From: Alphaproteobacteria bacterium
GTDB taxonomy: Bacteria; Pseudomonadota; Alphaproteobacteria; UBA828
Reading direction: 5' to 3'
DNA: 64,000 nt
Assembly: GCA_965220745.1 (NCBI GenBank)
Contig: CBDCQT010000012.1
Coordinates: forward strand, 128,001-192,000
Shown: positions 1 to 9,349 of the stretch, piece after piece
Layout of the letters: the number at the start of each line of letters is the position of its first letter
How positions within the stretch are numbered: the stretch's first letter is position 1
Position numbers and translations under genes: made by a program
The notes under the pieces: generated by a model
What the model was told of the DNA's origin: nothing
Seen by the model: only the letters and a program-made list of their open reading frames with translations
Databases searched by the model: none

Positions 1-120
1 TCGGGCCGTTCAGCACCAGCGGCGCGACCGCCCCCGCCTTGCGCGGCCCGGCCAGGAAGGTGGTCGTCTTCCAGTGGCCGTGTGGCACCGCGCTGACCAG
101 CCGCTCGCCTTGGGGGCGCC
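1..120 (-). pseudogene. IS630-family transposase internal fragment
   Basis: Minus strand reads ...GERLVSAVPHGHWKTTTFLAGPRKAGAVAPLVLNGP, typical of IS630 transposases; runs off the window edge. Confidence 0.7.
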
Positions 121-265
121 GGGGCGGCGTGCCCCGATCACCCAGGCCCGTTCAACCCTCGACCCAACAACGACCATCCTCAGTTCCCCAAGCCAGACAG
201 CGTCAGGCCCCGACACGACCCATTAACCGAGCTTCAAGTGCAAGGCAGCCCATGAATAGATCGGC
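119..265 (+). mobile_element. Isolated 3' end of an IS1380-family element
   Basis: Aligns with the reverse complement of the IS1380 end at about 50688-50838; ends in ATGAATAGATCGGC next to CTAG, which contains the porin stop codon. Confidence 0.75.
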
Positions 266-1195
266 CTAGAACTCGACCGTGAACTGAGCGGTCGCCAAGT
301 CCGTGCTGTCACCGCCATAGTCTTCATCGCGCCTCCACTCGAAGGCCACGGACGTGTTATCGGTGATGCCGGCGGAGAGGCCGACGATCATGCGGGACTC
401 TGGAAGTTCGATGCCGGAGGCTTCGCGAGTGCTCTGGTAGCCGATGGCCGCAACCGCATCGCTCCCGAGAATGTTCTGGAGGGAGTAGCTCAGTTCGACC
501 ATAAGCGCTGAGGGTTGCATCCCGTCCATGAGTTCCTCGAGCGCCCCCACATGCTCTACCAGCACCGTGGCATCGCCGAGGTTCCCGCCGGCGCTGGCGC
601 TGAAACCAGGCGCTTCCGAGAGTTCCCAGACATCGCTGATGTATCCCACATTCACGGAGAACCCGCTGGCGGCGCCCTCGACGGCGTAGCTGATCGAAGT
701 GCCGTAGCCGCTGATGCGGTCATCGCGCTCTTCGCCGGTATCCCGCTGATAGGCATAGACGGCGCCATGGAGGGCGTCGGCCGATCCCTCGACTACCACC
801 GCCGGATCGAGTTTCTCGCCGAGATCGAGGGTGAGCGGGTCCGAGATCATGTTGGTCTCGAACACGCCGAACGGCAGGTAGAGCAGACCACCTGTGATCG
901 ACACGTCGCCCGGCAGGGCTGCCGTCACGAAAGCATCGTCAACCTCGATATCCCCTTCGTCGCCGTCACGCTTGAGGGTGCCCTCGGCAGTGATGCCTTC
1001 GTCGATTTCTACCGAGACGCCGAGTTCGAAGTCCTTGAGGTAGAGGCGCTGGGTGGTGTCCCCGCCGCTAGGGCTCTCCGAATAGGCCCTGACCTTGATC
1101 TTGCCACCGATGTCGATGGCGTCCTCTGCTTGAACAGCCGCCGGCGCGATCAGCGCCACCGCACCAGCCAGCGCCGCCAGTCCTGTGATTTTCAT
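266..1195 (-). CDS. LbtU-family outer-membrane porin
   Basis: Signal peptide MKITGLAALAGAVALIAPAAVQA; motif YLPFGVFETNMISDPLTLDLGE; C-terminal F. Confidence 0.75.
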   Translation of the reverse strand: MKITGLAALAGAVALIAPAAVQAEDAIDIGGKIKVRAYSESPSGGDTTQRLYLKDFELGVSVEIDEGITAEGTLKRDGDEGDIEVDDAFVTAALPGDVSITGGLLYLPFGVFETNMISDPLTLDLGEKLDPAVVVEGSADALHGAVYAYQRDTGEERDDRISGYGTSISYAVEGAASGFSVNVGYISDVWELSEAPGFSASAGGNLGDATVLVEHVGALEELMDGMQPSALMVELSYSLQNILGSDAVAAIGYQSTREASGIELPESRMIVGLSAGITDNTSVAFEWRRDEDYGGDSTDLATAQFTVEF

Positions 1196-1271
1196 CGTTT
1201 TCTCCCGTTGAAGGTCATGCGGTGGATCACGTCGTGGCCGTCGATCCACCGGTGCTTGTAAGACGTGAAAG

Positions 1272-1289
1272 GAAACGTTATAACATTAC
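1272..1289. promoter_or_regulatory. Putative Zur box in the divergent porin/znuA promoter
   Basis: Near-palindrome GAAACGTTATAACATTAC resembling the alphaproteobacterial Zur operator, upstream of zinc-uptake genes. Confidence 0.7.
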
Positions 1290-1500
1290 TTCTCTGCCTC
1301 GCAAGGTGAGACAGGCGATGACGAAACCGTTGGCCCGACCCTGGCCCTGCACCGATCTGGATTGCCGCGGGCGGCACTCGGCACGCTGATGGTGGTGTCG
1401 CGGGCCTCGCCTACGCGCTGTCTCTGGTCTTCGGACCGGTGGGCGGTCTCGCCGGGCGGGCCTTCCCGCGCCGCCATCTCGAAGCCTGAAAGGAGTATCA

Positions 1501-2589
1501 ATGCTCACCCGCAGAACGCTTCTGACATCCGCCACCACCCTCTTCGCCCTGTCGCTCGCCGCTCCGGCCATCGCAGAGGCCGACAAGCCGACCCCGGTGG
1601 TCGCCACCTTCTCGATCCTCGGCGACATGGTGAAGCGGATCGGCGGCGAGCACGTCGCTCTCACGACGCTCGTCGGCCCCGACGGGGATACGCATGTCTA
1701 CCAGCCGACCCCCGCCGATGCGCGGGCCCTCAGCGAAGCGAGGATCCTTGTCGTCAACGGGCTGCAGTTCGAGGGCTGGCTGGACCGGCTGATCGACGCT
1801 TCGGATTTCGATGGCATGCGCGTGGTGGCGACCGGCGGGATCGAGCCGATCGCGTTCGACGACGACCACGACGATGACCACGATGACCATGCCGAGGCCG
1901 ATCATGATGATGACCACGGCCACGAAGAGCATGCCGAGACAGCGATGCACGATCATGACGACGAGCACGAGGAGCATGCCGAGACAGCGATGCACGATCA
2001 TGACGACGACCACGATGACGAGGCGCATGCCGAGGCAGGCCACGACCACCATGACCATGGCGCTTTCGACCCGCACGGCTGGCAGAGCCTCGGCAACGCC
2101 GTAGCCTATGTCGACAACATCACTGCCGCTCTGGCTCAGGCCGATCCGGCGAACGCGGCCGACTTCTACCAAAGCCGCGCAGCTTATGTCGCCGAGATCG
2201 AGGCGCTCGATGCAGAGATCCGCGAGATCATGGCAGCCCTGTCGGCCGATCGCCGCATCGTCGTCACCTCGCACGACGCGTTCCAGTATTTCGGCGGCGA
2301 TTATGGGCTGACCTTCATCGCGCCGCAGGGGCTCAGCACCGAGTCGGAGGCATCCGCAAAGGATGTCGCCCGCCTCATCCAACAGATCCGTGAGCGGGGC
2401 ATTGGTGCCGTCTTCATCGAGAACATTGGCGATGCGCGCCTCCTGAGGCAGATCGCCGACGAGACGGGAGCCGTCATCGGCGGCACGCTCTATCCCGGTG
2501 CGCTGTCCGGCCCGGACGGCCCGGCACCGACCTACCTCGACATGATGCGGCACAACGCGATGACGCTCGCGCAGGCGCTGGCTCCGTAA
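1501..2589 (+). CDS. znuA: Zn/Mn ABC transporter substrate-binding protein with long His/Asp-rich loop
   Basis: VVATFSILGD, GPDGDTHVY, DPHGW, TSHDAFQY motifs; His/Asp loop with a 45-bp internal duplication. Confidence 0.85.
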   Translation: MLTRRTLLTSATTLFALSLAAPAIAEADKPTPVVATFSILGDMVKRIGGEHVALTTLVGPDGDTHVYQPTPADARALSEARILVVNGLQFEGWLDRLIDASDFDGMRVVATGGIEPIAFDDDHDDDHDDHAEADHDDDHGHEEHAETAMHDHDDEHEEHAETAMHDHDDDHDDEAHAEAGHDHHDHGAFDPHGWQSLGNAVAYVDNITAALAQADPANAADFYQSRAAYVAEIEALDAEIREIMAALSADRRIVVTSHDAFQYFGGDYGLTFIAPQGLSTESEASAKDVARLIQQIRERGIGAVFIENIGDARLLRQIADETGAVIGGTLYPGALSGPDGPAPTYLDMMRHNAMTLAQALAP

Positions 2590-2764
2590 GGCTGGGCGCA
2601 GCCTTCGAAAGCCGGGACGCCGGACTTCCAGGGACGAGAGGGACAGGTCGGCACACCACGCATGAGGTCGTGTCCCGAACAGCGCTTTCAGCCAGCATCT
2701 ACGAACGGAATAGAGGCCGCTGGGTGCGACCGAACGGCTTCAAAGATTGAAGGAGACGGAATCC

Positions 2765-3721
2765 ATGAACCAGATCCCCGTTACCGTTCTGACCGGCTAT
2801 CTCGGCGCCGGCAAGACAACGCTCCTGAACCGCATCCTGACCGAGGAGCACGGCAAGAAATACGCCGTGGTCGTCAACGAGTTCGGCGAAATCGGCATCG
2901 ACAACGACCTCGTGGTCAACGCCGACGAGGAAGTGTTCGAGATGAACAACGGTTGCATCTGCTGCACCGTACGCGGGGATCTGATTCGCATCCTTGGCGG
3001 TTTGATGAAACGGCAAGACGGCTTCGATGGAATCCTCATCGAGACCACGGGCCTTGCCGATCCCGCGCCCGTCGCCCAGACCTTCTTCGTGGACGAAGAC
3101 GTTCGGCGACGGACCTGGCTCGATTCGATCGTAACGGTGGTCGACGCCCGCCATGTCGTCCGGCGGCTGGAAGACAGCCATGAGGCGCTGGAACAGATTG
3201 CCTTTGCCGACGTCATCCTTCTCAACAAGACGGATCTTGTGCCGGCCGATGAGCTGGCGCAGGTGGAAACGCGCATCCGTTCGATCAATGCGACGGCGGT
3301 TATCCATCGCACGCAGCGATGCGAGGTGGGTCTCGACACGGTTCTGGGGCGCCGAGCTTTCGATCTTGATCGCATCCTGGCGATCGAGCCGGACTTTCTT
3401 TCGGAAGACGACCATGAACACGACGATGCCGTGAAGAGCGTCTGCCTGCGCACCGACCGGCCCTTGGACGGAACCCGCCTCACAGGGTGGTTGCAGCGCC
3501 TACTCGCCGAGCGTGGTCAAGACTTTCTGCGAACCAAAGGGATCCTGTCGATCGCCGGTCAGGACAAGCAGTTTGTCGTCCAGGCGGTCCATATGCTGAT
3601 GGAAGGTAATTTCACGAAGCCGTGGAGCCCTAACGAGAAACGAGAGAGTCGCTTGGTCTTCATCGGACGAAACATCGATGAGCTGGAGCTTCGACAGCAG
3701 TTCGACGCCTGCACCGCATGA
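2765..3721 (+). CDS. COG0523/CobW-family G3E metallochaperone GTPase
   Basis: GYLGAGKTT, NEFGE, GCICC, ETTGLADP, NKTD and a CobW_C-like tail. Confidence 0.92.
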   Translation: MNQIPVTVLTGYLGAGKTTLLNRILTEEHGKKYAVVVNEFGEIGIDNDLVVNADEEVFEMNNGCICCTVRGDLIRILGGLMKRQDGFDGILIETTGLADPAPVAQTFFVDEDVRRRTWLDSIVTVVDARHVVRRLEDSHEALEQIAFADVILLNKTDLVPADELAQVETRIRSINATAVIHRTQRCEVGLDTVLGRRAFDLDRILAIEPDFLSEDDHEHDDAVKSVCLRTDRPLDGTRLTGWLQRLLAERGQDFLRTKGILSIAGQDKQFVVQAVHMLMEGNFTKPWSPNEKRESRLVFIGRNIDELELRQQFDACTA

Positions 3722-4773
3722 GCTTGTCCGCTGAGCTGGACAAGACGTCGCTGCTCGATCGCATCGGCACCGGCCGCTCGCTCGACGCTTATGTGGTAGG
3801 CGTCGCGTTCCTTGAGGAGGGACTGCTCGCGGCTGCACTCGGGGACGGTCGGGTCGCGTTCATCGACAGCGAGAGCACGAATCCTCCGTCCTTCGTTTCG
3901 GTGCATGACGGGGCTTGTCTTGCGCTGGCCGTCGACTTGGGGCAGCAGCGCGTTCTGACAGGCGGAGACGATGCTCGGCTGGTGAGCACCGATACCGACG
4001 GCGAGACCACCGAAATCGCAGCCATTGCGGGGCGATGGGTCGAGCCGATTGCCGTGAGCAAGGCATCCGGACTATGCGCTGCGGTCTTCGGCAAGACAGT
4101 TTCCCTTTTCGCGCAAGATGGAAGAGCGCTTGGAACGTTCGATCATGCAAACACAGTCGGCGGTCTGGCATTCGACCCGAAAGGGCGGCGGATCGCCGCC
4201 GCGCACTATGGTGGAGTCAGCCTCTGGTGGGCGAAGGTCAGCACGCAGGAACCTAAACGACTTAGCTGGTCGGGCTCGCACCTTAGTCTGACCTGGAGCC
4301 CGGACGGGAAATACATCGTCACCGCAATGCAGGAGAACTTGCTGCACGGCTGGCGTGTCTCCGACAGCACCGATATGCAGATGCCTGGCTACCCGACGAA
4401 GGTCAAGTCGATGAGCTGGCTGCCGAAGGGAAGGTATCTGGCGACCGGCGGCGCGGAGTCCGTGGTTTGTTGGCCATTCCACGGCAAGGGCGGCCCACTG
4501 GGCAAGGCGGCGCTCGACATCGGGTGGGGCTTCGAGGGTGTGGTGACGGTGGTGGCTGCCCACCCCCGGCATGACGTGGTCGCCGCCGGATACGAGGACG
4601 GTGCCACCATCCTCGTGCAGATCGACCGCGATCATCCGGTTGTGGTCAAGCGACCCGGCAAGGGCGCTGTGACCGCGCTCGCATGGTCGGCGGATGGACA
4701 GCATCTCGCACTCGGTACCGAGAGCGGCTTTGTCGGTCGAATTAGCCTTTCCGACTGGCGGACTCCATCATGA
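3718..4773 (+). CDS. WD40-repeat beta-propeller protein
   Basis: Repeated AFDPKG/TWSPDG/AWSADG blades; ATGA overlap with the COG0523 gene. Confidence 0.85.
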   Translation: MSLSAELDKTSLLDRIGTGRSLDAYVVGVAFLEEGLLAAALGDGRVAFIDSESTNPPSFVSVHDGACLALAVDLGQQRVLTGGDDARLVSTDTDGETTEIAAIAGRWVEPIAVSKASGLCAAVFGKTVSLFAQDGRALGTFDHANTVGGLAFDPKGRRIAAAHYGGVSLWWAKVSTQEPKRLSWSGSHLSLTWSPDGKYIVTAMQENLLHGWRVSDSTDMQMPGYPTKVKSMSWLPKGRYLATGGAESVVCWPFHGKGGPLGKAALDIGWGFEGVVTVVAAHPRHDVVAAGYEDGATILVQIDRDHPVVVKRPGKGAVTALAWSADGQHLALGTESGFVGRISLSDWRTPS

Positions 4774-4806
4774 GCGCGAACAGGGAATTCCAATCGAGGT
4801 TCTTCC

Positions 4807-5016
4807 ATGAGACGGGGGGCAAGACGCGCACAATCCCCATGCATCGACGTCTGCCGACTCGACGCGAAGACGGGGTGGTGCCTGGGCTGTGGCAGGACCG
4901 CCGCCGAGATCGGAGACTGGCTCAAGCTCACACCGTTCCGCCGAGGCCGGCTTGAACGGGAACTCGCACGGCGCCTGGTGAAGCTCGGACAGCGCGCGCC
5001 ATTGGAAAGCGAATGA
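4807..5016 (+). CDS. DUF1289-family small Cys-rich protein
   Basis: [26 protein letters not shown]; start uncertain. Confidence 0.75.
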   Translation: MRRGARRAQSPCIDVCRLDAKTGWCLGCGRTAAEIGDWLKLTPFRRGRLERELARRLVKLGQRAPLESE

Positions 5017-5048
5017 AACGGTCGGCGATCACTATTCACGATCCATGA

Positions 5049-5240
5049 ACCAAGCTGCCGCTGACCATCTGGTTCGCGGCCATCCACCTGATCGTCACGG
5101 CGAAGAACGGTGTCTCGTCGGTCGAGTTGGCCCGCCGTCTCGGCGTCAAGCAGTCGACGGCCTGGACCATGAAGCACAAGATCATGGCGGTGATGACGCA
5201 CCGCGAAGGAGAGGCGCCGCTCTCGGGTCGGGCGGAGATT
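5049..5240 (+). pseudogene. IS1595-family transposase fragment
   Basis: TKLPLTIWFAAIHLIVTAKNGVSSVELARRLGVKQSTAWTMKHKIM...LSG; both ends missing. Confidence 0.75.
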
Positions 5241-5716
5241 GTCGCGGTGCCGAGGATCTCGGCGCCGGTGGGTTGCCTGTTGTCGTCGCGGCAGATGAAG
5301 ACGGCGTTGAGCCTGTCATCGGCGTAGAGCAGTCCGCGGCTGTGGCAGGCTTCGAGCAGATGGTCGAGGGAGCCGGCCATGTCCTCGGGTTCGGCGGCGT
5401 CCATGACGAGGTGCTGGCGGACGCGCGAGGCGATAGGCTGCAGGTCCTGCCTTCGCAGCCTGTCGTTCAGGCGGTTGTCGCCGACGAAGACGACCGAGAG
5501 AATGGCGCGGGAGTCGAAGTCGGTGGACGCAAGGAGGCGGATCTCGGCGAACACCGAGGGCAGCAGTTCCTGTGCCTCATCGATGAGCAAGAGCGGGTGC
5601 ATGCGGGTGTCTTCGAGATGGGCGAACCAGCGCCGGCGGAACATCTTGAAGCCGCCCCAGCTGCTGTGCGGCAGCAGAGAGATGCCGAAGGTCTCGCCCA
5701 TCTCGCGGTAGAAGTC
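5240..5716 (-). pseudogene. ExeA-like AAA ATPase fragment joined to a short toprim/DUF3991-like fragment
   Basis: LLLIDEAQEL (Walker B) and LSVVFVGD with no Walker A, followed by GLLYADDRLNAVFICRD...TGAEILGT. Confidence 0.55.
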
Positions 5717-5856
5717 AGAGAGTCTGGAGGAGGGGTGGGTGCCCTGGAACTCCGATCCCGACGCTAGAACTGACTGACCACGCCACTCAAACCGCCCCCC
5801 TGAAAGTGGCTGTCAACTCAAATCCACATAAAAGCGCTCAATGACGGTCTTGCAAC

Positions 5857-6888
5857 TCAGTCGGGCTTGCGGGCAAGGAAACAATAGAGCGGTGTGAATA
5901 TGCCCGTTTTGCCGCCCGCGACATAGGCGTTCGCCGTGCGGTCCATCAGTTGGACAACGGCCGCTGAACCATTGGGAAAGAGCCGGAACACCTCCGCCAT
6001 CCGCAGACCCGCGAATATCGCCCTGCGACCCAAGGGCGTCCTGCGAAAAGCGTTGCCCAATGTCCCGCTCCGGCCTTCCATTGGCCGATGCCACGGTATG
6101 CCCTGGCCTTCCCTGTCGTCCCTGTTCGCTGCTTCGATGACGTCGAAGCCCGCAGCCTCAAGCGCGCGATTCACCTCCGAGAACGTGGCGATCTCTTTCA
6201 GGGCAATTCCCCGCTTGAGTTCATCCTTGATAGTGCGGTGACGGCTGTCGCTGGGGTCAAACTTTTCCGTCATGCACATCTCCTGACCCCACAGCAGGGC
6301 TCCCGGTTTGAGCACACGATATATCTCCGCAAACGCGCGCTCCTTGTCCGGCGCGTGGCAGGTCGACTCGATGGCATAACCCGCATCGAACGAGTTGGCC
6401 TCAATCGCACTCATATCCATGAAGTTGCATTTGATATACTCCGCCATATCGTCGAGCCCCGTCTCGATATTCCTCCGCTTGGCCTGTTCCAACTGCTGTT
6501 CGTTATTGTTGAGGCCGACAACCCTGGTGCCGCCTTCGCGGATGACCCGCCGCATGGGACCGCCCACGCCGCAGCCGACATCGACAACCACCATGCCCTC
6601 TCGTAATTCCAGCTTCTCGATCATCAGACGCTGATGGCGAACGACCGAGTCCTCCAGAGATTCCTCGCGCGTCAATGGCGCGAAATGGAGGGACTCGCCC
6701 CACCCGAATTGCATGATTCCGCTGCACAGCTCGTAGTAATCGTTCACCGTCTCGGTGAAGTCATAATCGCCGTCATCGGCATCGGCCCGCTCCATTCTGT
6801 CGAACCGATCGCCGAAACGTGCTACACGACCTCTGACGTCCCGGACTTGGTAAAGGATCCGCAGGTATCTGGACAAACTTGCTAACAT
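5857..6888 (-). CDS. Sterol C24-methyltransferase (SMT/Erg6-like) homolog
   Basis: NDYY..QFGWGESLHFAP, DVGCGVGGP, YAIESTCHAP, EIYRVLKPG and C-terminal GGKTGIFTPLYCFLARKP match SMT regions. Confidence 0.85.
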   Translation of the reverse strand: MLASLSRYLRILYQVRDVRGRVARFGDRFDRMERADADDGDYDFTETVNDYYELCSGIMQFGWGESLHFAPLTREESLEDSVVRHQRLMIEKLELREGMVVVDVGCGVGGPMRRVIREGGTRVVGLNNNEQQLEQAKRRNIETGLDDMAEYIKCNFMDMSAIEANSFDAGYAIESTCHAPDKERAFAEIYRVLKPGALLWGQEMCMTEKFDPSDSRHRTIKDELKRGIALKEIATFSEVNRALEAAGFDVIEAANRDDREGQGIPWHRPMEGRSGTLGNAFRRTPLGRRAIFAGLRMAEVFRLFPNGSAAVVQLMDRTANAYVAGGKTGIFTPLYCFLARKPD

Positions 6889-7325
6889 GTGCTGCCTCGT
6901 TTATTGTCCATCTCGCAGTTTAGCTCTTTGGTAGCGGATGGCAACGACGCCGGAAGCATTTGCTAGTCTTACGGCGGTTTGTCTCCACATCACAAGGGAG
7001 GGATCCAGGCGAGGGGAGGCGCCCTTCGCCGCCGGCACCGGGGAAAAAGACCAAGCGAAGCCGGTTGACGGCTGGTGCCGGGACCATCGACATGGCCCTG
7101 CTGTCGGGCTCATGCGCCGTTCATTTCGCTGACGAACTCAACGGTCGTTTCATTACACTAAAGGCGCCGAGCACGGGCCACTAGCAATGCAGGGGCCGTC
7201 GAGGCGACCCCAAAGACGTGACGGGTGGCGAAAACCGGGCTAAATTTCGCGCGACATGGTGAGAGGGGGCGCTTGTCTGGGAACGATCGGCCCCCATCTC
7301 AGCTCTTATGGGAGGCCTTGGCCCG

Positions 7326-9347
7326 ATGCCCGACTCGGCCGCTACGGCCCAAGAACTGCGTCTGCCCGAGGAGCTTATCCTGATGCTCCTCAACGAGCAG
7401 AACGGCTATTTCCACCAGGTCCCCGGCTGGAATCTGAACTGCGCGGTGGTGGGCGCGGTGCTCGCGGAACTCTCCCTGCTCTCGCGCATTGACACTGATC
7501 TCGATTCGCTGATCCTCGCCGATCCAGCGGAGACGGGCGATCCGGTGCTCGATCCCGTCCTAAAGGAAATCGCCGGGGAGTCCGTTCAACGGGACGCCGT
7601 GTACTGGATCGAACGGCTTGCCGGCAAGGCGGAATCGATCATCGACCACACCCTCGAGCGCTTGGTCGAGCTGAAGATCCTGGAGCATCACGACGGCGAT
7701 TTCTGGACGCTGGCCGCCGCGACGTGGCGCGAGGAGTTGTCCGGTGGTTCCCAGGAAGGCACCGTTGGCCAGTTCGTAAAAACGCGTGTCCTCAAGGCGC
7801 TCTTCACCGACGAGATTCCCGACCCCAGGGACATCATCGTCATCTGCCTCGTCAATACGTGCGACGTCTTTCGCTTCATGTTCGAAATCGACGACGAGAC
7901 CCAAGAGCGGATCGATTTCATTTGCCGGATGGATCTGATCGGCCGTTCCATCGCCGCCGCGGTCGAGCACAACATCTCCAGCCCGTCGCTGCGGCCTTCC
8001 GCGCTGACTAAGAAAATACCCGTCGTCCCCCTGCACAAGCTCTTGCTGAACCCGCGTCTTCGGGGCGGCAACATCGCCGCCATTTTCGCGCACATCGCGG
8101 AAGAACACGGTCCGGTTTTCCAAATCCGTCCTCCGTTCCAGGAACCCACGACCTTCCTCGCCGGGCCCCAAGTCAACCGTTGGATACACCGGAACGGGCG
8201 CATGTATCTGCGGTCCAGGGACTATTTCACCGACATCGAGAAGGTTTATGGCGCGTCCGGGGTGATTGCCTCGCTCGACGGGGCCGACCATTTTCAACTG
8301 CGCAAGGCGATGCAGCCGGGCACTTCCCGCGGGAGGCTGGAGGATCGACTGCATGACCTCTACGGCCATGCCCGCGCGTTTATGGCGGACTGGAATGTGG
8401 GATCGTCGCTGCCGGCGACCAGCATGTGCCGACTGATGATCAACGCGCAGATATCCCCGCTGGTCATCAGCATTGATTCACAGGACTTCGTGGAGGACCT
8501 GATCAGATTCAAAGAGCGCGCGCTCACCACCCACGTGGCCAAAGTTCTGCCCAAGTTCATGCTGAACACCCCATCGATGAAACGTGCGTCAAGGGCCATC
8601 GACATCGGGGTACAGCGGATCCTGGGCCTCCACACGCCCGCCCAGCGGGTCGGTTGCCCCCGGGATCTCGCCGACGACCTGCTCAGCCTCCACGCCAGCG
8701 ACCCGCAGTTCCTGCCCGAATCGAACCTGGCCTTCGCTCTTTCGACGCCCATGCTGGCTAGCATGTATCTGGGAGACGCGTTCGGCTGCGCGCTCTACGC
8801 CATGGCGTCGCAGCCTACGCTCTACGAAAGGATCCGTGCCGAAGCCGACGCCCTCTTTGAGAACGGCGATCCGGATGCCAAGGACTTCGCCGACGAGTCC
8901 ATCGACGTTACGCGGCGCTTCATCTTGGAATGCCTGCGCATGTACCCCATCGTGCCCGCGTCCATCCGCAACGTCATGAATTCATGCGTTGTCGAGGGCC
9001 ACGAGCTGCCCGTGGGCGCGCGCATCGCCATCGCCTCGACGGCGCCGCATTACATGAGCGACGTCTTCCCGGACCCCTTCACATTCGACATCGACCGCTA
9101 TCTGCCGCCGCGCAACGAGCACCGCAGTCCCGGCTATGCGCCTTATGGGCTTGGCACCCACAAATGCCTCGGCTTCCGCTGGGTGGACCTGCAGCTGGCT
9201 GTCAACCTGCTGATGGTCGCACACTACTTCACGCTCAAGGTATCGCCCGCGAATTACAAGCTCCGGATCAGTCCGTTTCCGTCGCTGTCACCGAGCAAGA
9301 AGCTGAAGTTCCGCATTGCCGAGCAGGTGCGCGAGCTGCCCGCCTGA
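7326..9347 (+). CDS. GPP34/GOLPH3-domain-cytochrome P450 fusion protein
   Basis: N-terminal LPEELILMLL..GAVLAELSLLSRI (GPP34-like); C-terminal ECLR (ExxR), FDIDRY and heme motif YGLGTHKCLG. Confidence 0.8.
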   Translation: MPDSAATAQELRLPEELILMLLNEQNGYFHQVPGWNLNCAVVGAVLAELSLLSRIDTDLDSLILADPAETGDPVLDPVLKEIAGESVQRDAVYWIERLAGKAESIIDHTLERLVELKILEHHDGDFWTLAAATWREELSGGSQEGTVGQFVKTRVLKALFTDEIPDPRDIIVICLVNTCDVFRFMFEIDDETQERIDFICRMDLIGRSIAAAVEHNISSPSLRPSALTKKIPVVPLHKLLLNPRLRGGNIAAIFAHIAEEHGPVFQIRPPFQEPTTFLAGPQVNRWIHRNGRMYLRSRDYFTDIEKVYGASGVIASLDGADHFQLRKAMQPGTSRGRLEDRLHDLYGHARAFMADWNVGSSLPATSMCRLMINAQISPLVISIDSQDFVEDLIRFKERALTTHVAKVLPKFMLNTPSMKRASRAIDIGVQRILGLHTPAQRVGCPRDLADDLLSLHASDPQFLPESNLAFALSTPMLASMYLGDAFGCALYAMASQPTLYERIRAEADALFENGDPDAKDFADESIDVTRRFILECLRMYPIVPASIRNVMNSCVVEGHELPVGARIAIASTAPHYMSDVFPDPFTFDIDRYLPPRNEHRSPGYAPYGLGTHKCLGFRWVDLQLAVNLLMVAHYFTLKVSPANYKLRISPFPSLSPSKKLKFRIAEQVRELPA

Positions 9348-9349
9348 CT

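Noticed and set aside
2588-2605. Hairpin after znuA as an intrinsic terminator
   Set aside because: 7-bp stem without a U-tract; could equally be an mRNA-stabilising stem
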